Assembly (NCBI GenBank): GCA_965602195.1
Contig: CBFCYF010000001.1
Location: 1-63,861, forward strand
DNA: 63,861 nucleotides
Source: an uncultured archaeon
GTDB lineage: Archaea; Altiarchaeota; Altiarchaeia; IMC4; QMZM01
Reading direction: 5' to 3'
In this document: piece after piece, positions 30,400-40,847 of the stretch
Layout: each line of letters opens with the position of its first letter
Numbering within the stretch: the stretch's first letter is position 1
Translations under genes and position numbers: made by a program
Notes under the pieces: model-generated
What the model saw: only the letters and a program-made list of their open reading frames with translations
Databases searched by the model: none
Told to the model about the DNA's origin: nothing

Positions 30400-30623
30400 A
30401 TCCCTCTGGCGAGTTATCAACATGTACTATCCTTCATCCACAACTCGCATTGTGAACTGCATAACTAGAACCTGATATACTGAGGTAGTCTTTTCACAGG
30501 CTGACACCAGTCTACTACCCTATCAAAGAACGAATATAATAATGGTAATCTAGACTTAAAAATACCCTGATCATTAGGAATCTATTTTAATGATCTTGAT
30601 TGATGAAATTGGATTAGGTTAGA

Positions 30624-30697
30624 TGGACCCGTCGGGATTTGAACCCGAGGCCTCCCGCGTGCAAGGCGGACGATCTACCGAACTGATCTACGGGCCC
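30624..30697 (-). tRNA. tRNA-Ala (UGC) in the 16S-23S spacer
   Basis: The reverse complement is GGGCCCGTAGATCAGTTCGGTAGATCGTCCGCCTTGCACGCGGGAGGCCTCGGGTTCAAATCCCGACGGGTCCA. It folds as a cloverleaf with anticodon loop CTTGCAC. CCA is not encoded. Confidence 0.95.
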
Positions 30698-30773
30698 GAT
30701 CCCGCGACGTCTACCTCCCATTCCAACTGCGAATATAAGAGATTTGACCCCTAGTGTGGATCCATAATTTCTT

Positions 30774-32262
<1,489 letters not shown>

Positions 32263-32493
32263 TATTGGCCGCAATTAATATTGACTGAATCCACACTAGG
32301 TATAGTCTCTCAACACATCAAGCCCCAATATTGGGGCCATCATAAACTCATAAAATCAATTGATGATAATGGAAGGAGATGATCATCCTCCCTCAATTGA
32401 GTTCATTAATATTAGAACATTCAGATTTAAAAAGCAGAGAGATAACACAGAAACAGAAGAGTTTATAAATAGGAACTACCTCTTTAATAACTG

Positions 32494-33918
32494 ATGAAAA
32501 TCAACTCATTCTTCGTTTTATTGATTCTAATCGTGGGGCTGATTATTAGCATGGATATAGTTTATTGTACGCATACGACTACAACATCCACAAGCACCAG
32601 CACATCCACAAGCACCAGCACATCCACAAGCACCAGCACATCCACAAGCACCTCAACCACCGTCGAAAAGAATAAGGTCGATATGAACCTGAAAAGCGAA
32701 GGAAAATGCATCAATGAAGAGGTATTGATCAGAGCCGAAACCATTAAAGGACGTCCCATCAACAATGTGAACATAAGAATATTTTTTAACGGAAGCAAGA
32801 TAGCCTATGGTCAGACAGACTCTGAGGGAATATTCACATTCACCCCCAGAGATGTTGGGAAACACATGATAACAGCCGGAAAAACAGACTTCAACACCGC
32901 CAATATCAGCGTTGATGCTGTCAACTGCTCACCCGCCACCACAAGCACAACCACCTCATCCACAACTACAAGCACCACAACCACCATCGAAAAGAAGAAA
33001 GCCGACATATACCTGAAAAGTAAAAGAAACTGCATCAATGAAGAGGTAGTGATCACAGCCGAAACCATTAAAGGACGTCCTATCAACAATGTGAATATAA
33101 AAATATTTTTTAACGGAAGCAAGATAGCCCATGGTCAGACAGACTCTGAGGGAATATTCACATTCACCCCTAAAGATGTTGGGAAACACATGATAACAGC
33201 CGGAAAAACAGACTTCAACACCGCCAACATCGGCGTTGATGTTGTCGATTGCAGAACGGGTATGGATGGTAGGGCAGTATTGGTTGTAAGGGTAAGAACC
33301 GATAAGAATGAAACTTATCCCGGAGACATGTTCTATGTGATGGCGGATATTGGAGTAAAGGACGGAGATTCAAACGGAGTAGGCGCAACCATAGAGGTTC
33401 CTGAGGGATTTGATGTTGACAACACCACGATTATAATAGAGGAATTGATAGAAGAAGGTGGAGAAAGAACCCTGACGTGGTGTGTTAAATCCTCTAATTC
33501 AACTCCTGAAGGGGAGTATTCATTTACGATAAAGGGTTTTGACGTGGATCATAGGGGGAAGGTAGAAACCCATACAAATAAGGTCTATGTTAAAGGCAGG
33601 ATGGAATCCTCCCCTGAAGGTGATGCAGGAGATGGAGTCGTGAAGACAATACAGGAGGGCATCTATGGGTTCACGGAGAAGGTTTATGACATTGCTTCAA
33701 ATACCCCCAGCTGGATAATCCTATTGCTCCTGTTGTTGGCGTTGGTTTATGTCTACCATGTGGGATCCCGCATATACTATACAAAGGAGCATGAGAGTGG
33801 GAGGGTAGATGAAAATAAGGAAGAGATTGATGAGGGGGAGAATAAGGAGGAAAAGAAAATCTCTCTGGAAGAGGAATTGAAGGGGATAGATAATGAGTTG
33901 AAGAAGATGGAGTTCTGA
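32494..33918 (+). CDS. surface protein: signal/TM, (TS)n linker, two duplicated prealbumin-fold (CarboxypepD_reg-like) domains, CARDB-like domain, TM, charged tail
   Basis: 474 aa. Two roughly 95-aa copies read ...CINEEVLIRAETIKGRPINNVNIRIFFNGSKIAYGQTDSEGIFTFTPRDVGKHMITAGKTDFNTANI.... The TM is WIILLLLLLALVYVYHV and the tail is E/K-rich. Confidence 0.75.
   Translation: MKINSFFVLLILIVGLIISMDIVYCTHTTTTSTSTSTSTSTSTSTSTSTSTSTSTTVEKNKVDMNLKSEGKCINEEVLIRAETIKGRPINNVNIRIFFNGSKIAYGQTDSEGIFTFTPRDVGKHMITAGKTDFNTANISVDAVNCSPATTSTTTSSTTTSTTTTIEKKKADIYLKSKRNCINEEVVITAETIKGRPINNVNIKIFFNGSKIAHGQTDSEGIFTFTPKDVGKHMITAGKTDFNTANIGVDVVDCRTGMDGRAVLVVRVRTDKNETYPGDMFYVMADIGVKDGDSNGVGATIEVPEGFDVDNTTIIIEELIEEGGERTLTWCVKSSNSTPEGEYSFTIKGFDVDHRGKVETHTNKVYVKGRMESSPEGDAGDGVVKTIQEGIYGFTEKVYDIASNTPSWIILLLLLLALVYVYHVGSRIYYTKEHESGRVDENKEEIDEGENKEEKKISLEEELKGIDNELKKMEF
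32584..32652 (+). repeat. 3.8 x 18-bp perfect tandem repeat (acatccacaagcaccagc) encoding (TSTSTS)n
   Basis: Read directly from the sequence. Copies start at 32584, 32602, 32620 and 32638. Confidence 0.95.
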
Positions 33919-34100
33919 AGACAACATAGGAGGGCATCTATAGGTCCACGGAGAAGGTTTATGAGATTGCTTCAAATACCCCCATTTGGATAATCCTATT
34001 GCTCCTGTTGTTGGCGTTGGTTTATATCTACCATGTGGGATCCCGCATATACTATGCAAAGGAGCAGGGGATTGGAAGGATGGAAGAAAATAAGGAAGAA
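33907..34100 (+). pseudogene. decayed duplicate of the TM-anchor and tail module of the preceding gene
   Basis: 33907-34100 aligns with 33641-33835 (gatggagt.gtgaagacaa.a.aggagggcatctat.ggt.cacggagaaggtttatga.attgcttcaaataccccc...). Its own frame reads DGVLKTT*EGIYRSTEKVYEIASNTPIWIILLLLLLALVYIYHVGSRIYYAKEQ... with an in-frame TAG. Confidence 0.7.
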
Positions 34101-34142
34101 GAAGGGATAGAGGGGGGATAATGTATGCTCACTCCCCCTTAA

Positions 34143-34217
34143 CCTCCAGTTCTTTTATGTGTGCCTCCCTCCAGTTCTTTTATGTGTGCCTCCCTCCAGT
34201 TCTTTTATGTGTGCCTC
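34143..34217. repeat. 3 x 25-bp perfect tandem repeat spanning the stop codon of 34155..34889
   Basis: The string ccagt recurs at 34146, 34171 and 34196. The unit is ctccagttcttttatgtgtgcctcc, and a 25-nt period is not a multiple of 3. Confidence 0.95.
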
Positions 34218-34889
34218 GATTTCTATTAATCTCTTTTGGTAATCCCTCACAATCTCTCTGAAACTTTCCTCATCCAGAGCCCTTTTATGGTATTTAAGCC
34301 GGCACATATTAATCATGTACTGCACCTTATCCTTTTCCTTCATGAGAGCCGTTAACTCATCTTCTTTTTCAGGCTCAGTGATGACCTCCCCCCTCAGTCT
34401 ACTCTCTAATTCATCTCTCTCTCTTTCCAGCTCTCTTATGGCTCTTCCCCTTCTGAGGAATACCTGATCCACAAGGATGATAAGTAGGATGAATATGGCA
34501 ACAATTATCACTATCCAGATCCCGTGGTCTTCCTGGAACCCACTCTCGCTGATGGATTCCATAGCTATCTTAAAGTCAACCTCCCTGATTTCCCCGCTAC
34601 TCAAATAGAATGTCTGGGTTGGATTTTTCTTTCCGAGCCTGACATAGATGTCATAGTTCTCGTTAGATGCTAGGGTTGCATTGTAGTAACCCCTCTCATC
34701 TGTTACACATGAGGCCACAGGAGTACTGTGATCTGATGAGAGGAATATATCCACAGTTACCCCCACAAAAGGTTTGCCGTCGTCTGTGTTGAGAACATAA
34801 CCCTCGATGGTGGAGTTACTCACTGCGTTAACCAACACAATAGGCAAGATCAACATAAGGGAGAATATAATCAATCTTATTTTTAACAT
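34155..34889 (-). CDS. membrane protein: signal peptide, prealbumin-fold (CarboxypepD_reg-like) domain, TM, coiled-coil cytoplasmic tail
   Basis: 244 aa containing IEGYVLNTDDGKPFVGVTVDIFL...TDERGYYNATL. The TM is IWIVIIVAIFILLIILV and the tail is E/R/K-rich. Confidence 0.75.
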   Translation of the reverse strand: MLKIRLIIFSLMLILPIVLVNAVSNSTIEGYVLNTDDGKPFVGVTVDIFLSSDHSTPVASCVTDERGYYNATLASNENYDIYVRLGKKNPTQTFYLSSGEIREVDFKIAMESISESGFQEDHGIWIVIIVAIFILLIILVDQVFLRRGRAIRELERERDELESRLRGEVITEPEKEDELTALMKEKDKVQYMINMCRLKYHKRALDEESFREIVRDYQKRLIEIEAHIKELEGGTHKRTGGRHT

Positions 34890-34949
34890 CTTAACCGCTT
34901 GTTATGTAATACATAGATAATATGCTATAAATACACTTTTTTAGTTAAG

Positions 34950-35504
34950 ATGATCACGATAAATTTCGCCACAACCAACCCCCATAAGGTGAAGGAGGGA
35001 AATTCTGTGGGTAAAAAATATGGGGTTAGTTTCAGGCAGGTAGCAGAAGGATACCCTGAGGTCCGCGATGAGGATGTGGCCGTAGTTGCCGAAGAAGGCG
35101 CAAGGTATGTATTCGATAAAATAAAGGAGACGGTAATTGTTGAGGACACCGGGTTGTTTATAGAGATCCTGAATGGATTCCCGGGATCCTATTCCGCCTT
35201 CGTGTTTAATAAGATAGGTAATGAGGGAATCCTCTCCCTGTTAAAGGAAAATGAAAGGCGGAAAGCAAGATTTGTGTCAGCTATTGGCTACTGTGATTCC
35301 AGTGGAGTGAAGATATTCAGGGGAGAGGTTGAGGGTTTTATAGTAGATGGGATGAGGGGGGAGGGAGGCTTTGGCTACGACCCCATATTCCAGCCGCATG
35401 GGTACGATAAGACCTTTGCGCAGGATTACTCCCTGAAGAACAAGATCTCCCACAGAAAGAGGGCATTTCAGCTCTTCTGCGAGTGGTTCAGGGAAAACCG
35501 ATAA
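34950..35504 (+). CDS. non-canonical purine NTP pyrophosphatase (HAM1/RdgB/ITPase family)
   Basis: 184 aa containing FATTNPHKVKE, VEDTGLFI..LNGFPGSYSA, GFGYDPIF and SHRKRA. Confidence 0.9.
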   Translation: MITINFATTNPHKVKEGNSVGKKYGVSFRQVAEGYPEVRDEDVAVVAEEGARYVFDKIKETVIVEDTGLFIEILNGFPGSYSAFVFNKIGNEGILSLLKENERRKARFVSAIGYCDSSGVKIFRGEVEGFIVDGMRGEGGFGYDPIFQPHGYDKTFAQDYSLKNKISHRKRAFQLFCEWFRENR

Positions 35505-35506
35505 AA

Positions 35507-36736
35507 TCAATCGATCTGAAAAGCCTGCAGGGCAATGATACTGTCTCCGAATTTTATGGTGGAGACGCTCACATTGATGCTGTCCCCAACCCCAGAATCC
35601 ATGTAGAGAACCGCATTAAACCTGTCGTTGTTCTCTATCATCACCACCCGGTCATCTACAATAATCCAGGGAGTAATTGAGATATGCCCTGTCTTTTTAA
35701 ATTCAATATCCCCCACATTATTCCCGGATAGGATATCTCCGATGAAAGTGATGTTTGAGGATAGGGGAACACTGAAGGAAATACCTCCCTTCTGAAGGGA
35801 ATAGGTCAGGTTTCTGCCATTAAGAACCTGTGATATATTCCTGAGGGATGCATTAAAGGATATGGTTGTCGTATTTTTTATTACATCTATCTCCACCCCC
35901 GCCAGATCCCTCAGCCTATTTAGGGTTTCATTGTTTAATGTTTCATTAAGAATAATCCTTGGGGGGTTAAGGTTAATTTTATCAGTATCCAGTCTATCTC
36001 TTACATCATTGATGTTGATATCTGAAGAAATTTCTCCGTTGACGGTGATGCCGGTTAAATTAACAATCTCCGCCGAAATATTTGGCCCAGCCTGAACTTT
36101 CTCCTCTTCAAAACCAATCATGGCCTCAATCGTATTGTTTTTTATCTTCCGGAACAAAGACGCGGTAACATAATCGCCCTCCACAATGTCTGCAGAGCCT
36201 ACAACTTGTATACTGCCCAGCCCCGTAGTGTTCTGGAGTAACCTACTTACATATGACCCATGCAGGGAGTGATCAGAGAGTATGCCGTCCAGCTCCCCCC
36301 TCAGTTCGTCTAGGGTAGCATTGCCTCCATCCCCTACACCAAATCTGAGAATTATCCAATCACCGCACATATATCTGCCCTCAGGGTAGACAGATGGATT
36401 CGAAACCTCCGGCGGCTTAACCTCTACACCCGCTACACTAATATTACTGATGGAATTTATGGTGTAGTAACTAATGCATTTGTTACGGGGAACAACAACC
36501 ACCTCAGGTATTACCTCAGTAACCTTCAGGATTATTCCACCGCTGAACTCCTCCATATTGTATGTCTCAACATGAATTCCCAGTATCTCTTTTTTAGGGG
36601 CGCCTCCCTCCTGAGAACCCAGGTACATAAAACCGGACAGCAGCATGCTGGCTGAGATCATGAATATTATGAAGAGATTCCATTTTCTTTTCTTATCCCT
36701 GCTCTCTTTCTTTTTCCTGTATTTTGCTTTTGCCAT
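35507..36736 (-). CDS. hypothetical N-terminally anchored extracellular protein
   Basis: 409 aa. It has a basic N-terminus, a TM (WNLFIIFMISASMLLSGFMYL) and an N/I/S-rich beta-type body. I recognise no family. Confidence 0.6.
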   Translation of the reverse strand: MAKAKYRKKKESRDKKRKWNLFIIFMISASMLLSGFMYLGSQEGGAPKKEILGIHVETYNMEEFSGGIILKVTEVIPEVVVVPRNKCISYYTINSISNISVAGVEVKPPEVSNPSVYPEGRYMCGDWIILRFGVGDGGNATLDELRGELDGILSDHSLHGSYVSRLLQNTTGLGSIQVVGSADIVEGDYVTASLFRKIKNNTIEAMIGFEEEKVQAGPNISAEIVNLTGITVNGEISSDININDVRDRLDTDKINLNPPRIILNETLNNETLNRLRDLAGVEIDVIKNTTTISFNASLRNISQVLNGRNLTYSLQKGGISFSVPLSSNITFIGDILSGNNVGDIEFKKTGHISITPWIIVDDRVVMIENNDRFNAVLYMDSGVGDSINVSVSTIKFGDSIIALQAFQID

Positions 36737-36775
36737 GATGCTTTAGTTTATTTAATTTCAACCTTAAATTATGCT

Positions 36776-37462
36776 ATGGAAGGCAAGAATTTCATAAAAA
36801 TTTCCTATACGGGAATGATCAAGGACGGGGATGTTTTCGACACAACAGATGAGAAACTGGCAAGGGATGAAGGGATTTATAATGAGGATAAGATTTATGA
36901 GCTGTTACCTGTAGTTGTTGGCGAGGGTCAGGTGATTAAAGGTTTGGATGAGGCGCTTGGGGGAATGAAGTTGGAGCAGGAGAAGGAGATAGAGATACCG
37001 CCAGAAAAGGCTTATGGTAGTAGGAATCCCAGCTTAATAAAGCTCGTCTCCAGGGGGGTTTTCAAACAGAAGGGCATAACACCGGTTCCCGGAATGAGCC
37101 TGGAGCTGGATGGCAGACCTGCAAGAATCCAGACCGTTTCAGGCGGCAGGGTGAGGGTAGACTTCAACCACGAACTGGCAGGTAAAACCCTTCTCTTCAA
37201 GGTTAAAATAGAGGAGAAAGCTAAAACCGACCAGGAGAGAGTGAAATTCCTGATAGAGAGAAACTTTAATTTCTCTAAGGGTTTTGGTGTCAGGGTTAAA
37301 AAAGATGGGAGGATAGAGATAAACATACCTAAAGAGGCGTATACGGATAAAAATATCGTGGTAAGGAAGGCTTCTCTGTCTGCTGAGATCTTCAGGTATC
37401 TTGAAGGCGATGACGTTGTCTACAGGGAGATATGGGAGAATCCGAAAAAGAAGGAGAAATAG
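36776..37462 (+). CDS. FKBP-type peptidyl-prolyl cis-trans isomerase (archaeal long type with IF insert and C-terminal domain)
   Basis: 228 aa containing YTGMIKDGDVFDTT, VVGEGQVIKGLDEAL, PPEKAYG and VDFNHELAGKTLLFKVKI. Confidence 0.85.
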   Translation: MEGKNFIKISYTGMIKDGDVFDTTDEKLARDEGIYNEDKIYELLPVVVGEGQVIKGLDEALGGMKLEQEKEIEIPPEKAYGSRNPSLIKLVSRGVFKQKGITPVPGMSLELDGRPARIQTVSGGRVRVDFNHELAGKTLLFKVKIEEKAKTDQERVKFLIERNFNFSKGFGVRVKKDGRIEINIPKEAYTDKNIVVRKASLSAEIFRYLEGDDVVYREIWENPKKKEK

Positions 37463-37526
37463 GTTGGATGATGTAATCTGTTAAGAATGCTTTTTATTTG
37501 ATGGATTCTAATAAACAGTATAATTG

Positions 37527-37542
37527 TCATGATTTATCATGA
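37527..37542. promoter_or_regulatory. perfect palindrome TCATGAT-tt-ATCATGA between a TATA-like box and the start codon (operator candidate)
   Basis: Read directly from the sequence. It lies 16 nt upstream of ATG 37558 and just downstream of cagtataatt. Confidence 0.45.
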
Positions 37543-37557
37543 TAGTCTACATCAAAG

Positions 37558-38430
37558 ATGCCAAGTCTGAGTTCGATACAAAGAGAGATACTGGATGTGT
37601 TAATTAGTTTATATGAGAAGAAGAAGGAATCAGTCAAGGGGGATGATATAGCTAAGATGCTAGGCAGATCCCCGGGCACTATCAGAAACCAGATGCAGAC
37701 CCTAAGAGCCTTAGGTTATGTGGAGGGCGTCCCAGGGCCCAAGGGAGGTTACTATCCCGCAATAAAGGCCTATGAGTCTATGGATATAGACTCCGTGGAA
37801 AGAATACTGGTCCCAGTCTTTGTTAATAATGTGGAGACTGAGGGGGTGTCTGCGAGGAAGATCGTATTTACCAAGATTACCGACGCCCATGAATGCGGCG
37901 CAGTGGTTGGTATCTTAGGCGATAGTAGGAAGATTAGGAAGGGAGATAACATAATGGTTGGGCCGACCCCGGTAAATCATGTAATTCTGAAGGGGGAGGT
38001 GATTGGGAGAGACGACAGTAAGCGGGAGCTTCTTATCGATGCTCATTCCATAACGAGCGTGCCAGAAGGTAAAGCAAGGGACGTCGCTACTAAAGATCTG
38101 ATAAGCCTCAGTGGTTCTGAGGATATAAGAGAGTGTGCAAGACTCTTTGTAGATAAACGGATTAATGCGGCCCCAATAATAGAAGACAACCAGCTTGCAG
38201 GTATTGTGACCATAGCAGAGATTGTTAGAGCAACAGCAGCTGGAAGAACCAATATCAAAGCAAGAGATATAGCAGTAGAGAACGTATTTACCATCGACCA
38301 TAACGCGGAACTCATAGACTGCATTAACAAGATGGAAAAACATGATGTGGGCCGGCTGATAGTAACAGAAAGCGATAAACCGGCAGGTATAATAACCAGG
38401 ACAGACATAATCTACAGGATGAGCCACTGA
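37558..38430 (+). CDS. transcriptional regulator: HrcA-like winged-helix N-domain plus central domain plus CBS pair
   Basis: 290 aa. The N-terminus is IQREILDVLISLYEKKKESVKGDDIAKMLGRSPGTIRNQMQTLRALGYVEGVPGPKGGYYP. The C-terminal CBS motifs are APIIEDNQLAGIVTIAEI and GRLIVTESDKPAGIITRTDI. Confidence 0.75.
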   Translation: MPSLSSIQREILDVLISLYEKKKESVKGDDIAKMLGRSPGTIRNQMQTLRALGYVEGVPGPKGGYYPAIKAYESMDIDSVERILVPVFVNNVETEGVSARKIVFTKITDAHECGAVVGILGDSRKIRKGDNIMVGPTPVNHVILKGEVIGRDDSKRELLIDAHSITSVPEGKARDVATKDLISLSGSEDIRECARLFVDKRINAAPIIEDNQLAGIVTIAEIVRATAAGRTNIKARDIAVENVFTIDHNAELIDCINKMEKHDVGRLIVTESDKPAGIITRTDIIYRMSH

Positions 38431-38463
38431 GGAGGGAATCTGGAACAACAACCTATGCTTCTT

Positions 38464-38745
38464 TTATTTGTTTGAATAGAATCTCATCTCCCGCATCCAT
38501 CTGTCGATGGTTTTTTCACCTTCTCTTGTGAGCTTGAATTTTCCGGTATCCTCAACCAGGTAGCCTTTCTCAAGCAGGGGAGCAGTCAGGTTGTTGAATT
38601 CTTTTTCAAAGTCGAACCCTTCACCTAGGCTGAATCCGAACTCGCTCAGGATTGGCACATACCCAGGTTGGAACACCTTTTCCGGGATGAAATAAGCTCC
38701 TTCTTTGTCCTTAAACCGTCTTCCCTCAGGCAATACATTATCCAA
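38464..38745 (-). CDS. winged-helix-like fragment, probably the frameshifted C-terminal extension of the CDF gene (or a separate small gene with a TTG start)
   Basis: 93 aa ending ...APLLEKGYLVEDTGKFKLTREGEKTIDRWM. It overlaps the CDF ORF by 100 nt in another frame. That frame is open upstream to 38769. Confidence 0.4.
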   Translation of the reverse strand: MDNVLPEGRRFKDKEGAYFIPEKVFQPGYVPILSEFGFSLGEGFDFEKEFNNLTAPLLEKGYLVEDTGKFKLTREGEKTIDRWMREMRFYSNK

Positions 38746-39812
38746 CCCCTGAAACTCTTCAGCCTGTATCCTTCATAGTGTTTTGCAAGCGGCATCCCAT
38801 ACTTCGTGAAATCGGTTTCCTCTCCCTTCATAGAGGAGAGAGCTTCTCTGAAGAGCCCGAATGAGTCCTTGAGGATGTGAACTGCTATGTAGGCTCCGAT
38901 GAGGGCGTCAACAGAATGTATCCCAAGGAGGGAGAATACTGCTCCAATGATGACTGCTCCTGCCACATAGATGTGATTCTTTGAGTCGATGGACTGTGAG
39001 ATGAGTGCCAGACCCCCGTTCATTTTGCCGACGTATCGCTGGTAGATGGAGAGTATCACTGCAGCGGTTAACGCCACCAGTTCGACACCTATGACTAGAA
39101 GAGAGTTGGATATCGGCTTGATCGTGGAGGCGACAGCATCGAGAAGCGTTGTCGCTGATTCATAGCCAACAGTTAATCCGGTTAAAAACATCATCAGGGT
39201 TATGATTAGGGTGCCAAGATGCTCTCTTTTGAATCTGATGCCCACCCAGACTACGACCGCCGATGTTGTGTCGATTGCTGCGTCAGCTCCGTCCGCAATT
39301 AATGCGACGCTTCCGCTAACGAATCCGGCGGCAAGTTTCATCACCGCAAGGAAGAAGTCAATGATTACTGTGTTCCGGGCTGCTCCTGCAGGCGACATTA
39401 TCTGCCTCCTGAAGATCTCAGCGCCTTTTTCCATATCTTTCGTGTGCTGCTGGGCTTGTTTCCTTCCTTCTGCTGTCAGCCCATATTTTCCTTCTTTGTT
39501 TAGGTGTACAAGATTTTTTTCAAGCAACTCCTCCAGATCTTTTCTGAATTCTGGCTCGACTGGTTCTCTTTTTCTGATCCGTCGTCTTTTTATGCGCTTC
39601 TTCTTCGAGCCGAGTCCGAGCTTGGACATGAATTCATCCACACGGTACCTGAAGTTTTCACCCCATTCCTCAAAGTACCTGGAGCCTATGGCGATGTGGG
39701 AGGCCATGTGCATGAACTTATCCCAGAGTTCCTCATAGCGCAGAGGCTCTGTCTTCAGCAAAGCCATCAGTATGAATTCACGGAAGCCTTCCTTGTGTTT
39801 CTTTTCACTCAT
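38646..39812 (-). CDS. cation diffusion facilitator (CDF) transporter with N-terminal PadR-like winged-helix domain
   Basis: 388 aa. The N-terminus is FILMALLKTEPLRYEELWDKF...LEKNLVHLNKEGKYGLTAEGR. The TMD carries the CDF signature AAGFVSGSVALIADGADAAIDTTSAVVVW and a later IDSKNHIYVAGAVIIGA. Confidence 0.75.
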   Translation of the reverse strand: MSEKKHKEGFREFILMALLKTEPLRYEELWDKFMHMASHIAIGSRYFEEWGENFRYRVDEFMSKLGLGSKKKRIKRRRIRKREPVEPEFRKDLEELLEKNLVHLNKEGKYGLTAEGRKQAQQHTKDMEKGAEIFRRQIMSPAGAARNTVIIDFFLAVMKLAAGFVSGSVALIADGADAAIDTTSAVVVWVGIRFKREHLGTLIITLMMFLTGLTVGYESATTLLDAVASTIKPISNSLLVIGVELVALTAAVILSIYQRYVGKMNGGLALISQSIDSKNHIYVAGAVIIGAVFSLLGIHSVDALIGAYIAVHILKDSFGLFREALSSMKGEETDFTKYGMPLAKHYEGYRLKSFRGWIMYCLREDGLRTKKELISSRKRCSNLGMCQS

Positions 39813-39989
39813 TTTCTCATGGGAGGATATGTTTGGCTGCCAAGCTAATGAATCTAAGATTCCAGATTATAAATAAGGGGTTTAACCCATACGCTTGGGG
39901 GAAGTTTCCATAGGTGGAGAGTAGTAATTGCCTGTAGTTGGCAGATATATGAAAATGATTTTTAAGTTACGGAGGGTAAATAGATAATT

Positions 39990-40535
39990 ATGAAGCTGAA
40001 GGTACATGTTTATTTAACAACCAGATCGGATCCGGTTGATGATCTTGATACAGTCCAAGGTTTTGATGAGCTGGAGTTGTGGAAGGAGAATAGTAAGTCG
40101 CATGCAGTTAAGATGTTTGAGTATGATGAGCTTGGCGAGCGTATGATAGAGGATTTGATGAATTTCACGATCCATGAATGTTATGCTTTGATAGCGTATC
40201 CTCCGGGGAAGGTGCATGAGGCTAGTGATGAGGTTGGCGGGATGTTGCTGCAGTTTCTTAAAGTTAATTCACAGAAGCTTAGGTGGGATCTGAAGGAGAC
40301 GGGTTTAAGTTCTGAGTGGGATCCGAAGGAGATGAGTTTGGATTCTGTTTCAGCTGAGGAGTCGATTGAGGAGCTCAGGGGGTTAGTTGAGAAGTGCCGT
40401 TTTGTTGATTCATCGAGTTTGTGGGAGAACTTCACCTACGGCCTTGTCTCTGATAAGGACCTGAAGGACGGGGAATATGAAATCGATCTGGAGCTTGTGG
40501 TTGAATCTGATAAGGAATTGAGCACTGAATCCTGA
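39990..40535 (+). CDS. hypothetical acidic cytoplasmic protein
   Basis: 181 aa. No recognisable motif. It is followed by 312 nt without a convincing ORF. Confidence 0.5.
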   Translation: MKLKVHVYLTTRSDPVDDLDTVQGFDELELWKENSKSHAVKMFEYDELGERMIEDLMNFTIHECYALIAYPPGKVHEASDEVGGMLLQFLKVNSQKLRWDLKETGLSSEWDPKEMSLDSVSAEESIEELRGLVEKCRFVDSSSLWENFTYGLVSDKDLKDGEYEIDLELVVESDKELSTES

Positions 40536-40847
40536 AAAATATGTAGTGCTTAGTTCTCTGTGTCATTCATTTACCTGTTTTTCTTCTGCGTCGATGACGT
40601 TTCTTCCGTGTCGCAGTCCGGAAACTCGTATGTCGCTTCATAACAAGAATATTGGGAGTCGGTATTTAAGTATACAACTGGATGCGTTGGGAGGAGGGTT
40701 GATTGTAGTGCCTAACTTTTGTTTCAGTTCAATTGCCGGGGGCGGGCATTTGAGCACTGGTTATCTTTTTAGGCATACTCAAACCCCCTTCCAAATTACC
40801 CATCCTTTTTATATACTCTACGTTACTATGTTAATAACGGTGAGCGT

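Noticed and set aside
37915-38451. 178-aa and 121-aa minus-strand ORFs.
   Set aside because: They are antisense to the well-supported wHTH-CBS regulator gene and carry no motifs.
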